Shown: positions 9,847 through 20,400 of the stretch, one piece after another
How positions within the stretch are numbered: the first letter of the stretch is position 1
Layout: the number at the start of each line of letters is the position of its first letter
Assembly: GCA_037143195.1 (NCBI GenBank)
Contig: JBAWZD010000001.1
Coordinates: forward strand, 16,892-80,891
DNA: 64,000 bases
Origin: a bacterium
GTDB taxonomy: Bacteria > Patescibacteriota > Minisyncoccia > Phycocordibacterales > UBA9973
Direction: 5' to 3'
The notes under the pieces: generated by a model
What the model was told of the DNA's origin: nothing
The model's input: only the letters and a program-made list of their open reading frames with translations
Databases searched by the model: none
Program-made: the position numbers and the translations under genes

Positions 9847-9888
9847 CGTGTGCTAGGGTCCGTTTTTAAATTGTGTTAACGTTAGTAT

Positions 9889-11580
9889 ATGCAACAAACG
9901 CGCACGTGTCGTACCTGTTCAAACGACTTCGCAATCAGCGAGGAGGATTTTGGATTTTATGAAAAGATGTCCGTGCCGGCGCCAACACTCTGTCCCGACT
10001 GTCGCCAACAACGTCGCTATGCATGGCGCAATGAACGCACTTTGTATCGCCGAAGTTGTGACCTTTGTGGCAAAAGTACAGTGACGATTTATTCCGCGAC
10101 TAAACCATTCAAAGTCTACTGTGTTCCGTGTTGGTGGGGAGATGGCTGGGATCCGGCGAGCTTTGGACGTGAGTATGATTTCTCGCGACCATTTTTTGAA
10201 CAATTCAGCGAGCTACAGCATGAGGTTCCGCGCATGGCATTACTCACCAAGAATAGTATCAATTCTGAATACACGAACCATTCAGGTGATAACAAAAATG
10301 CATACCTTTCATACTCGTGTTTTGGTGGTGAAAATATTTCGTATTCAAGTTTCATCATGCAATCGCGCGAGTGCATGGATTCACAGTATATTTATGAAGC
10401 AGGCGAGCGTTTGTGGGAAGTGAATGATTCTCGTAAGTCATATCAGTGCGAGTGGAGTGCGCTCTTGAAGGATTGTACGAATATGAAGTATTGCTACGAT
10501 TGCCATGGATCAAGCGATTGTTTTCTTTCGAACAATCTACGCAACAAACGTTTCGTGTTCTTGAACGAGCAACTCTCAAAAGATGAATATATGGCACGCG
10601 TTGCTGAATATAATCTCGCCTCATTCCAAACGCGAGAAATACTTGCAAATGCATTTCTTGAATTGGTTCGAAATCACACGATACACAAATATGCGGTTGC
10701 AGAACGAAATGTGAATTCGACTGGAAGTATGTTGTTCAATTCGAAAGGTTCAACATTTTGTTTTGATGGAGAGAAAGTTGAGGATGTAAAATATTTGTAC
10801 TCGGGTCTCTACATTAAAACGAGTATGGACAATTACCATGTGGGGTACAACTCCGAACTGATTTATGAAAATCAAGGATGTTCTCGTACTTCAAACTGCG
10901 CATTCTGTCACCTATGTTACGACAATACGTTTTTGCAATATTGTGATTCCTGTCAGAATAGTCAGAATTTGTTTGGTTGTGTCTCGATCAAAAAAGGTGA
11001 GTACATGATACTCAACAAAAAATATTCCAAAGAAGAATACACCGATCTTCGCGCGCGAATTATTGAACACATGAAATCGACGGGTGAGTATGGTGAATTT
11101 TTCCCTCCAAGTATCGCACCTGTGTATTACAACGAGACACAGGGCGCACTCTACATGCCACTCTCGAAAGAAGAGACGCTCTCTCGTGGCTGGCAGTGGG
11201 AGGACAATCTTCCGGGCACCTATGGCCGAGAGACTGTCGCTCCAGAAAACGTACCTGATTCAATCCTCGATGTGCCGGATTCTGCAACCAAAGAAATTTA
11301 TCGTTGCATCGTATGTACGAAGAATTTCAACGTCGTACCCGATGAGCTCGCATTCTATCGTCGAGAGATTATTCCACTACCACGTCGTTGCCCTGATTGC
11401 AGATACAAGCGTCGTTTCGCACTTCGCCCGCCACGCAAACTTTGGAAAAGGACATGTATGTGTGATCGTGAGAATCACGAACATGCGGAAACATGCACGA
11501 ATGCATTTGAAACTCCCTTTGCACCTGAACGTCCCGAGCACGTGTATTGTGAGGCGTGTTACCAGCAAGAGGTGATATAA
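9889..11580 (+). CDS. Cys-rich protein with paired zinc-ribbon modules at both termini and a central CxxC-rich domain; function unknown
   Basis: N-terminal CRTCS...CPDCRQQRRYAWRNER...CDLCGK...YCVPCWW and C-terminal CIVCT...CPDCRYKRRFALRPP...CMCD...YCEACY are clearly duplicated modules. The central part carries YCYDCHG, CAFCHLCYD and CDSCQN motifs. Confidence 0.7.
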   Translation: MQQTRTCRTCSNDFAISEEDFGFYEKMSVPAPTLCPDCRQQRRYAWRNERTLYRRSCDLCGKSTVTIYSATKPFKVYCVPCWWGDGWDPASFGREYDFSRPFFEQFSELQHEVPRMALLTKNSINSEYTNHSGDNKNAYLSYSCFGGENISYSSFIMQSRECMDSQYIYEAGERLWEVNDSRKSYQCEWSALLKDCTNMKYCYDCHGSSDCFLSNNLRNKRFVFLNEQLSKDEYMARVAEYNLASFQTREILANAFLELVRNHTIHKYAVAERNVNSTGSMLFNSKGSTFCFDGEKVEDVKYLYSGLYIKTSMDNYHVGYNSELIYENQGCSRTSNCAFCHLCYDNTFLQYCDSCQNSQNLFGCVSIKKGEYMILNKKYSKEEYTDLRARIIEHMKSTGEYGEFFPPSIAPVYYNETQGALYMPLSKEETLSRGWQWEDNLPGTYGRETVAPENVPDSILDVPDSATKEIYRCIVCTKNFNVVPDELAFYRREIIPLPRRCPDCRYKRRFALRPPRKLWKRTCMCDRENHEHAETCTNAFETPFAPERPEHVYCEACYQQEVI

Positions 11581-11619
11581 TAAAAGTCTACTAGCGTGTT
11601 GTAGCAAGATATCTATTTC

Positions 11620-12984
11620 ATGAAATTACTTATTCCAAGTGCGGTCATTGTTTTCTTGGTTGCCACCGGATATTTTTTGTATAGCGGAGCATTCGCTCCA
11701 AAACTTCCAAGTGCACCAGTCGCCGAAAAGACGTCATTTTCTGTTGAGATTGCCGTACCACTCCCCGGATCATTGCTGACTGGCACTGAATCACTTGTTG
11801 CTATTGCAACGACGAATACTAAACTTAAAGATATCGTACTCTCTGTTGATGGTACTACTGTCACAACATGCACGACGTCTCCGTGCTCCTACGATTGGGA
11901 TACGACGCTCGCTACAAATGGCAATCATACGATCGTTGCGACCGCACACGATGAATCTGGAACAAAAGTACAAACTGATCCGCTCAACGTCGCTGTAAGT
12001 AATCAGCCAATGGTGCAGAGTCCGGCTTCAAAAACGCCAACGCAATCTTTGCCTGTGATTACGCATCCCATCATCGTGAAGCCGACACCAACACCGAAGC
12101 CTGCACCAGTCGCACCTACTCCAAAAGTTGTTCCAGTTTCAGCGAATACATTGCCGGTCATTACCCTGAGTCCACTCGTGAATGATTCAGCGAGCACTGA
12201 AATCATTTCATGGAAAACAAATATTCCAACTACTTCTCATATAAAATATGGTTTGGCGAGTTCTCTGAATGGTACATATTCGCTTGCGACAAACGATGAA
12301 GCTTCGGCTTTTGTCGATCACACCGCGACACTCACGCAGTTGGTTGCAGGGAAAACATACTACTATCAAATCGTTGCGACTGACGCAAATCAGCATGTGG
12401 TCACTCTCCCTGAGAAATCATTTACGATTCCAACGATGACGATCAGCTCACCAACGGCGTCCGATTTGTTTGCGACAACAGCATCGATCAAATGGACAAC
12501 GAATTTTAAAACAGAAGGACAAATACTTTGGGGCTCAGTCAGCTCTTCTGTCGGTCAGTATTCGAGTAGTACAGTTCAATCGACTGAGTATTCGACGACG
12601 CACACGGCGACGATTACACAGGGGAGCGCAGGAACGACCTATTTTTACCGAATCGTTGCTATCGACCAAGCGGGCAACAAAGTAACTTCGCCAGAATATA
12701 CGTTTACGACGTCAAAGATTTCAATTAGTTCGACAGTGTATTCTAATCAAGGTGAGATGGTTAGTTGGGTGACGACATCTCCAGTCAAGAGTGAGCTTCG
12801 ATACGGAACGCAAAGTCTCACATCGAATGCATACCCATTTAGTGTGACTGATACGAATCTTGCCACGTCACATAACACATTTCTGCCTGGAATAAGTTCA
12901 AATACAACATATTACTATCGTATTACAACGACTGATTCTTCAGGAGTCAAGGTGACGTCACCGGAGTATAGTTTCAACAGCTAG
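11620..12984 (+). CDS. Secreted protein with a Pro/Thr linker and three tandem FN3/Ig-like repeats
   Basis: Signal/anchor helix at the N-terminus and a PTPTPKPAPVAPTPK linker. Three ~85-aa repeats each end in TSPEYTFT, TLPEKSFT or TSPEYSFN. Confidence 0.7.
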   Translation: MKLLIPSAVIVFLVATGYFLYSGAFAPKLPSAPVAEKTSFSVEIAVPLPGSLLTGTESLVAIATTNTKLKDIVLSVDGTTVTTCTTSPCSYDWDTTLATNGNHTIVATAHDESGTKVQTDPLNVAVSNQPMVQSPASKTPTQSLPVITHPIIVKPTPTPKPAPVAPTPKVVPVSANTLPVITLSPLVNDSASTEIISWKTNIPTTSHIKYGLASSLNGTYSLATNDEASAFVDHTATLTQLVAGKTYYYQIVATDANQHVVTLPEKSFTIPTMTISSPTASDLFATTASIKWTTNFKTEGQILWGSVSSSVGQYSSSTVQSTEYSTTHTATITQGSAGTTYFYRIVAIDQAGNKVTSPEYTFTTSKISISSTVYSNQGEMVSWVTTSPVKSELRYGTQSLTSNAYPFSVTDTNLATSHNTFLPGISSNTTYYYRITTTDSSGVKVTSPEYSFNS

Positions 12985-13067
12985 GGGAGTAGGCTGTTTC
13001 CTCGAGGGAAATATGGTATAATAGCCGGAGAGGTATTTATTATAATCAGTAATTAAGAATCAATATC

Positions 13068-13349
13068 ATGGCTGAGAAAAAAGTAGTAGCAAAGAAAGCA
13101 GCAGGAACATCTGCATTTATGAAACCAATGAAGATCAGTGATGAGCTCGCGCTCGTCGTTGGAAAGGGCCCAATGGCTCGTTCAGAAGTTGTGAAGGCTC
13201 TCTGGGCTTACATCAAGAAGAACAAGCTTCAGGATGAGAAGAACAAGCGCAACATCAACGCTGACGACAAACTCAAGGCAGTCTTCGGAGGAAAGAAAGT
13301 TGTGAACATGTTCGAAATGACAAAGCTCGTTTCAGCACACCTTTCCTAA
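13068..13349 (+). CDS. SWIB/MDM2-domain protein
   Basis: Lys-rich N-terminus followed by a SWIB consensus stretch (ELALVVGKGPMARSEVVKALWAYIKKNKLQDEKNKRNINADDKLKAVFG...VNMFEMTKLVSAHL). Confidence 0.8.
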   Translation: MAEKKVVAKKAAGTSAFMKPMKISDELALVVGKGPMARSEVVKALWAYIKKNKLQDEKNKRNINADDKLKAVFGGKKVVNMFEMTKLVSAHLS

Positions 13350-13366
13350 CTCGGAATCGTTTGTAC

Positions 13367-13400
13367 AAAAACCACAAGAGACTTCTCTTGTGGTTTTTAG
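13367..13400 (+). terminator. Intrinsic terminator after the SWIB gene
   Basis: Stem accacaagag/ctcttgtggt with a 5-nt loop, followed by T5. Confidence 0.7.
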
Positions 13401-13433
13401 TTTTCGGTTAACTTGCAGTGATAACGTAATTGT

Positions 13434-13742
13434 ATGCATGTCGAAACAATCACGTCACGTATTGACACATTTATAGCTGAATTGAAACCAGAAATACGTG
13501 CACGAGTAATTCATACAATTGAATTATTGCAGAAATATGAAAATAATCTCGGTATGCCGTATAGCAAAAGTCTTGGCAAAGGATTATTTGAACTTCGTGT
13601 GACCGGGAGGAAACATGTTCGTTTATTGTATTGTTTTCATAATAATACGGTTTATTTGCTCGCGATTTTTCAAAAGAAGACAAATAAAATAACACAAAAT
13701 GACATAGTACTTGCACGGAGGAGAATGAAAATGCTTGTATAA
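13434..13742 (+). CDS. higB: HigB/Gp49-like (RelE/ParE superfamily) type II toxin
   Basis: LGKGLFELRV...RLLYCFHNNTVYLLAIF matches the phage Gp49/HigB addiction-module killer family. The toxin lies upstream of an HTH gene, the reverse TA order typical of higBA. Confidence 0.7.
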   Translation: MHVETITSRIDTFIAELKPEIRARVIHTIELLQKYENNLGMPYSKSLGKGLFELRVTGRKHVRLLYCFHNNTVYLLAIFQKKTNKITQNDIVLARRRMKMLV

Positions 13743-13770
13743 CGTATATGGTATATGGTACCTTGTATAT

Positions 13771-14040
13771 ATGACTCGTTTCGAAAAAATTAAAAATAGT
13801 GCGTTGAAGGATTCCAAAACGCGGAAAGCTTACCATGCTATGGAAGTAGAGTTTTCGATTATAAGCCAAATCATCGAAAAACGAATTAAACTTGGTATGT
13901 CTCAGAAGGACCTCGCGTCAAAAATCGGAACAAAACAACCCTCAATCGCTCGTTTCGAATCAGGTACTTATAACCCAACAGTTTCATTTTTACAGAAGGT
14001 TTCAAAAGCTCTTGGGGGAGAACTTAAAATAACGATATAA
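13771..14040 (+). CDS. higA: HTH XRE-family antitoxin (HigA-like)
   Basis: Helix-turn-helix LGMSQKDLASKIGTKQPSIARFESG. An internal ATG at 13771 is preferred over the ORF-track start at 13735, which would overlap higB. Confidence 0.65.
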   Translation: MTRFEKIKNSALKDSKTRKAYHAMEVEFSIISQIIEKRIKLGMSQKDLASKIGTKQPSIARFESGTYNPTVSFLQKVSKALGGELKITI

Positions 14041-14044
14041 ACCT

Positions 14045-14073
14045 CTTGACTCTGGCGCAAAAATAAGTAGTAT
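14045..14073 (+). promoter_or_regulatory. Near-consensus sigma70 promoter TTGACT-17 nt-TAGTAT for rpoBC
   Basis: Hexamers read at 14045-14050 and 14068-14073. Implies a ~165-nt 5' leader before the rpoB ATG. Confidence 0.5.
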
Positions 14074-14150
14074 ACAGATCACTACGGACAGATTGAGTTT
14101 TAGCTGCGATCCGGAGCTTTAGTAGCTAAATTGGCGCTCCACGCCAAGGT

Positions 14151-14228
14151 GAACACAAACGAATAAACTGGATGATAGAAGCCCCGACGAAGGGGGAGGT
14201 TTCTCTCGTCCCATTTTCGTTTGTGTTC
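14151..14228 (+). promoter_or_regulatory. Structured rpoB 5' leader: a 13-bp long-range stem (gaacacaaacgaa/ttcgtttgtgttc) enclosing a G/C mini-hairpin
   Basis: Perfect complementarity between 14151-14163 and 14216-14228. An internal cccc...ggggg hairpin. Ends 16 nt before the rpoB start. Confidence 0.45.
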
Positions 14229-14243
14229 GCGAAAAAATAATCT

Positions 14244-17200
14244 ATGTCGATTCACACGACTGCGCGGCCAAAAAAGTACTTCCAAAAGTACAAGGCCCCG
14301 CTCACGGAGTTTCCGAATTTGCTTGAAATGCAAATTCATTCGTTCAAAGAATTGGTCGAGAAGGGTCTCGGAGAAGTGTTCAAGGAATTTTCTCCAATTC
14401 CAGATTACTCGGGTAAGAAATTCCAACTTGAGTTCACCTCGTTTAGCCTTGGTGAACCAAAGTGTGATGAGTTCTATGCAAAAGAGAACAAGCTCTCATA
14501 CGAAGCTCCACTCAAAGTTCAGGTTCGTTTGACGAACAAACTCTCTGGCGGACAAGCAAAGGAACAAGAAATTTTCCTTTCTGATCTTCCAATGATGACA
14601 GCACACGGTACGTTCATCATCAACGGTGTTGAACGTGTCATTGTCCCACAGCTTGCACGAAGTTTCGGTATTTTCTTCACAGAAAATGAATTGAAAGGCA
14701 AGCGATTTTTCGGTGCCAAAATCATTCCTGCACGTGGTGTATGGATTGAAATTGACGCTGAAACTGACGGCGTCATCTATGTTCGTATCGACAAGAAGCG
14801 CAAATTCCCAGTCACGTCACTCTTGCGCAGTTTTGGCATGGTTTCAGATGATGAAATCAAGGCCGCTTTCGCAGATCACGAAACAGCAGCCGCTGTTGTC
14901 GCAACCTGTCTCGCAAAGGACACGGCAAAGACTCCTTCAGAAGCAAACATCGAAATGTACAAGCGTCTCCGCGATGGTGATCTTGCAACAGCAGACAACG
15001 CACGTGAATTCATCACAGCGCTCTTTTCGAAAGATCGCTACGACCTTTCACCAGTTGGACGTTTCCGTTTCAACAAGCGTTTCAACCTCTCAATGGATGA
15101 GAAGGAACTTGAGCGCCGCACAATCTCGCGTGAAGACCTCATTCAGGTCATCAAGCACATCGTGGATCTTGGAAATACACCAAATGCAAAGGCTGACGAC
15201 ATCGACCACCTTGCGCAGCGTCGCGTTCGTTACGTTGGGGAGCTCCTCGCCCAGAAAATCCGCGTTGGTATGACGCAGATCAAGCGTAATGTTCAGGACC
15301 GCATGTCGACAATCGACACTGCAGCTGCACTTCCAATTCAAATCATCAACCAGCGTCCGCTTCAGGCTCGTATCAAGGAATTCTTTACGACCAACCAGCT
15401 CTCGCAGTTCATGAACCAAGAAAACCTCCTCGCCGAGGTAGAACATCTCCGTACATTGTCTGCTCTTGGACCCGGCGGTCTCACTCGTGAGCGCGCAGGA
15501 CTCGAAGTGCGTGACGTGCACACATCGCACTATGGTCGCGTGTGTCCAATCCATACTCCAGAAGGTCCGAACATCGGTCTCATTCTTCACCTTTCGATTT
15601 ACGCACGTATCAATGATTTTGGAATCATCGAAACTCCATACGTCAAAGTGAAGGACGGAAAAGTCACGAATGAAATCGTGTACTTGAACGCACTTGAAGA
15701 AGAAAAGTACAACATTGCGCACGCCGCAGTTGCTACGAACGAACAGGGTCTCATCATGGAAGAGTTTGTAGAAGCTCGTCTTAAGACTGAGCCAGGTCTC
15801 ATCAAGCGTGATGAAATTCATTTCATCGACGTTGCTCCATATCAGGCATTCTCAATCGCAACAGCGATGGTGCCATTCCTCGAACACAACGACGCAAACC
15901 GTGCACTCATGGGAAGTAACATGCAAAAGCAGGCTACTCCATGTCTCATTCCGAACGCTCCACTCGTTGCTACTGGTATCGAAGAATTTGCAGCGCCATA
16001 CTCAGGTCGTCTCGTTCTTGCTTCTGAAGCAGGTGAGGTCACCAAAGTGGATGCTCGTCATATCGTCATCAAGGGTAAGTCTGGCGTGAAGGAATATCCT
16101 CTCGTCAACTTCTCACGTACCAACAACTTCACCGCCTTTCATCAGCGCCCAGTCGTCTCAGTTGGTCAGGAGGTCAAGAAGGGTGCATTGCTCGCCGACA
16201 TGTCGAGTTCAGATCATGGACAAATCGCACTTGGACAAAACGTTCTCGTTGCCTTCATGTCATGGGCTGGAAACAACTACGAAGACGCGATTATTCTTTC
16301 TGATCGTCTCGTAAAGGACTCAGTCTTCACTTCGATTCACGTTGAAGAATTCGTCTGTATCGTTCGCGATACAAAACTTGGACCTGAAGTTACGACACGC
16401 GACATTCCAAACGTCGGTGAAGGAAAACTCAAGGACCTCGACGAAGAAGGTATCATTCGTATTGGTGCAGAAATTCGTGAGAACGATATTCTCGTCGGTA
16501 AGATCACACCAAAGGGCGAAACAGAACTCACTCCAGAAGAGCGATTGCTCCGCAGTATCTTCGCTGAAAAGGCACGTGATGTGAAAGATACATCACTCCG
16601 TCTTGAACACGGAAAGCGCGGACGCATCATCGGCGTAAAAGTATTCTCTCGCGCAGAAGGTCATCAGCTCGAAAGTGGCATCATCAAGAAAGTTGTCATC
16701 GAAGTTGCTCAGCTTCGTAACGTGTCTGTGGGTGACAAGCTCGCAGGTCGTCACGGAAACAAGGGAGTCATCTCAACAATCCTTCCACAAGAAGAAATGC
16801 CATTCATGGCAGACGGTACACCAGTCGATGTGATCCTCACACCACTCGGAGTTCCATCACGTATGAACCTCGGACAGATTCTTGAAATGCACCTTGGTCT
16901 CGCTGCAAACTCACTCGGCTACCAAGCAATCGTGCCACCATTCTCAGGAGCACGTGATACAGAAATCAAAGCAGAACTCGTCAAAGCTGGATACCCAGAA
17001 ACAGGAACTCTTCCGCTCTACGACGGACGCACTGGCGACAAATTCGAACAGGATGTTGCTGTCGGTATTATGTACATGCTCAAGCTGCACCACATGGTGG
17101 AAGACAAGATTCACATGCGCAGTATTGGTCCGTACAGTCTCATCACGCAACAGCCGCTCGGAGGAAAAGCTCAAGGTGGAGGTCAGCGCTTTGGAGAAAT

Positions 17201-17459
17201 GGAAGTGTGGGCTCTCGAAGGTTACGGTGCAGCGCACACTCTTCGCGAAATGCTCACGGTTAAGTCAGACGATATCATGGGACGTTCACAGGCCTTCGAT
17301 GCCATCATCAAGGGTGAAGAAATTCCAATTCCGAACACACCAGCATCATTCAGTGTCATGTTGAACTACCTCCGTGGTCTTGCGCTTGATGTTGATTTGC
17401 AGAAACGCGGTACCGCTGGTCGAATCATAGAAGCAGCTTCGAAAGAGGTCGCTGAGTAA
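14244..17459 (+). CDS. rpoB: DNA-directed RNA polymerase subunit beta
   Basis: Conserved RpoB blocks throughout, for example the Rif region GPGGLTRERAGLEVRDVH, NMQKQA and GRHGNKGVIS. Confidence 0.97.
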   Translation: MSIHTTARPKKYFQKYKAPLTEFPNLLEMQIHSFKELVEKGLGEVFKEFSPIPDYSGKKFQLEFTSFSLGEPKCDEFYAKENKLSYEAPLKVQVRLTNKLSGGQAKEQEIFLSDLPMMTAHGTFIINGVERVIVPQLARSFGIFFTENELKGKRFFGAKIIPARGVWIEIDAETDGVIYVRIDKKRKFPVTSLLRSFGMVSDDEIKAAFADHETAAAVVATCLAKDTAKTPSEANIEMYKRLRDGDLATADNAREFITALFSKDRYDLSPVGRFRFNKRFNLSMDEKELERRTISREDLIQVIKHIVDLGNTPNAKADDIDHLAQRRVRYVGELLAQKIRVGMTQIKRNVQDRMSTIDTAAALPIQIINQRPLQARIKEFFTTNQLSQFMNQENLLAEVEHLRTLSALGPGGLTRERAGLEVRDVHTSHYGRVCPIHTPEGPNIGLILHLSIYARINDFGIIETPYVKVKDGKVTNEIVYLNALEEEKYNIAHAAVATNEQGLIMEEFVEARLKTEPGLIKRDEIHFIDVAPYQAFSIATAMVPFLEHNDANRALMGSNMQKQATPCLIPNAPLVATGIEEFAAPYSGRLVLASEAGEVTKVDARHIVIKGKSGVKEYPLVNFSRTNNFTAFHQRPVVSVGQEVKKGALLADMSSSDHGQIALGQNVLVAFMSWAGNNYEDAIILSDRLVKDSVFTSIHVEEFVCIVRDTKLGPEVTTRDIPNVGEGKLKDLDEEGIIRIGAEIRENDILVGKITPKGETELTPEERLLRSIFAEKARDVKDTSLRLEHGKRGRIIGVKVFSRAEGHQLESGIIKKVVIEVAQLRNVSVGDKLAGRHGNKGVISTILPQEEMPFMADGTPVDVILTPLGVPSRMNLGQILEMHLGLAANSLGYQAIVPPFSGARDTEIKAELVKAGYPETGTLPLYDGRTGDKFEQDVAVGIMYMLKLHHMVEDKIHMRSIGPYSLITQQPLGGKAQGGGQRFGEMEVWALEGYGAAHTLREMLTVKSDDIMGRSQAFDAIIKGEEIPIPNTPASFSVMLNYLRGLALDVDLQKRGTAGRIIEAASKEVAE

Positions 17460-17480
17460 TCTAACGAAGGAAACATATAT

Positions 17481-20400
17481 ATGAAAACTATTGATACAAA
17501 TTCGGATTTCGAATCGATCTCGCTCAAGCTTGCAAGTCCAGACCGCATCCGCGACTGGTCATACGGTGAAGTCACCAAGCCGGAAACAATCAACTACCGC
17601 ACGGGCCGTTCAGAACGTGGAGGTCTCTTTGATGAACGCATCTTCGGACCAGAAAAAGACTACGAATGTTACTGTGGAAAATACCGCCGTATCCGTTATA
17701 AGGATATTGTGTGTGAGAAGTGTGGCGTTGAAGTCACACGCAGTATTGTTCGTCGCGAACGCATGGGTCACATCGAACTCGCAACACCAGTTGCGCACAT
17801 TTGGTTCCTCCGTGGCGTGCCATCTCGCATGTCGACACTCCTCAACATCACCGCAACTGATCTTGAAAAGGTGATCTATTTCGCGGGTTACATCATCATG
17901 AAGGTGTACCAAGAAGAAAAAGACAAACTCCTCAAGAATCTTGAAAACGAATACAAGACAAAGGTAAAGAGTTCAGCAGATGAAGAGACCAAGACAAAGC
18001 TCAAGGAACTCCTCATGACTGCGAAGAAAGAAATCGGTGAAATTTACGAAGGTAAAGTGCTCACTGAAATCGCATACCATCGCTACAGTCTCAAGTATGG
18101 TACATGTTTCGAAGCATCGATCGGTGCTGAAGCTATTTACGCTGTGCTCAAGAATCTTGATCTCAAGAAACTTCAGGAAATCAGTGAAGCTGCACACGAA
18201 AAAGCATCAGCAGTTGAGCGCGAGAAGCTTGAAAAGCGTCTCTCACTCATTCGCTCAATGATCACGAGTGGTATTCGTCCAGAATGGATGTTCCTCACAG
18301 TCATCCCAGTTATTCCACCAGCACTTCGCCCAATGGTTGCGCTCGATGGAGGACGTCATGCAACAAGTGATATCAACGACCTCTACCGTCGTGTGATTAA
18401 CCGTAACAACCGTCTCGCAAAATTGAAGGGCATCGGTGCGCCGGATGTTATTCTCCGTAACGAAAAGCGTATTCTTCAGGAAGCAGTTGATGCACTCATC
18501 GACAACTCAATCGCTCGTCAGAACGATTCAGTCGCGATGAACCAAGCACAGCGCCGTGCATTGAAGTCTCTCTCAGACAACCTTAAATCAAAGCAGGGTC
18601 TCTTCCGTCAGAACCTCCTTGGAAAGCGCGTGGACTACTCTGGACGTTCGGTGATCGTCGTTGGACCATCACTCAAGCTTTCACAGTGTGGACTTCCAAA
18701 GCACATGGCACTTGAGCTCTTCCGCCCATTCGTCATCAGTAAGCTCATCGCTCAAGAACTCGCATACAACATTCGTGGCGCAAACCGTCTCATTGAAGAT
18801 GGTATTCCAGAAGTCTGGGCAATCCTTGAAGAAGTCATCAAAGGCAAGCGCGTGCTCCTCAACCGTGCACCAACACTTCACCGTCTTGGTATTCAGGCCT
18901 TCCAGCCTGTGCTCATTGAAGGTAACGCTATTCAGGTTCACCCGCTCGTGTGTCCAGCCTTCAACGCTGACTTCGACGGAGACCAAATGGCCGTATACGT
19001 TCCACTTTCAAAGGCTGCACAAAACGAAGCAGAGGATCGCATGGCTTCAAACAAGAACCTCCTCAAGCCACAAAACGGAGACCCAATCACAAGTCCTCGT
19101 ATGGATATGGCACTCGGTTGTTTCTGGATGACCAAAGTTGGCATCAATGAAACAGGTGAGGGAATGATGTTCAGTAGTCCAAACCAAGCAATCACCGCGT
19201 ACGATTTCAAAGCAGTTTCACTTCGTGCAAAAATCAAAGTGCTTGGAACAGACAGTCAGAAATATCAGCCATTCAACAAACAGCCATTTGAGACGACTGT
19301 TGGACGATTGCTCTTTAACTCAATTCTTCCTGAAGATTTCCCATTCTTGAACGAAACAATCAACCAAAAGCGTTTGAACGGACTCGTGGATGAATTCATC
19401 ATGCATTACGGTATTGATGAGACTCCAAAAGTGCTCGACAAGATTAAGACATTCGGATTCACGTACTCAACCAAGTCTGGTATCAGTTGGGGTATCGACA
19501 ACATTCATGTTCCTGCAGGCAAGCCTGAGGCAGTAAAGCGCGGACGTGCAAAGGAATTTGAAGTCATCAACCAATACAACGAAGGTCTTCTCTCTGAAGA
19601 AGAAAAGTACAGGAAGACAATCGAAATCTGGGAAGGTGTGAAGAAAGAAATCGAAGGTATGCTCCCTGCAACACTCGTTGAAGGAAGTTCTGCAAGTGAT
19701 ATGATCACTTCAGGAGCCCGTGGAAGTATGAGTAACCTCTCGCAGATGGCGGGAATGAAGGGTCTCATTATTTCTCCAAGTGGACGTACCATTGATTTCC
19801 CAATCGTCCCATCGTTCAAAGAAGGATTTTCTCCGATTGAATACTTCATTACGACTCACGGATCACGTAAAGGTCTCGCCGACACAGCGCTCAATACTGC
19901 GAAGGCCGGATACCTCACACGTCGTCTCGTTGACGTTGCACAAGATGTGGTCATCACCGAAGAAGATTGTGGAACAAAGGATGGAAAGATGATGATCAAG
20001 GACAATGTGCTTGGTATCGAAATTCCAATCTCCAAAACACTTCGTGGCCGTGTACTCGCCGCTGATCTCAAAGACAAAGAAGGCAACATCATCCACAAGC
20101 GCGGATTCCTCGTCAACAAAGAAGAGGCAATGCGTCTTGAAAAGATCGGTGTTACAGAAGCGTTCGTTCGTTCACCACTTACGTGTAAAACAACCTACGG
20201 AATTTGTCAGGCATGTTACGGTCTCGACCTCGGACGCAACACGCTCGTCAAAGTCGGTGAAGCAGTCGGTATCGTCGCAGCGCAAGCTATCGGTGAACCA
20301 GGAACTCAGCTCACGCTTCGTACCTTCCACGCCGGAGGAGTCGCAGGAGTGGACATCACCGCCGGTCTTCCACGTGTCGAAGAAATCTTCGAACGTCGCT

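Noticed and set aside
14100-14532. ORFs 14100-14426 (-) and 14221-14532 (+)
   Set aside because: They overlap the rpoB leader or start in other frames. rpoB is the real feature.
15090-15821. 243-aa ORF on the minus strand
   Set aside because: Lies entirely antisense within rpoB, which has unambiguous conserved motifs. Typical shadow ORF.
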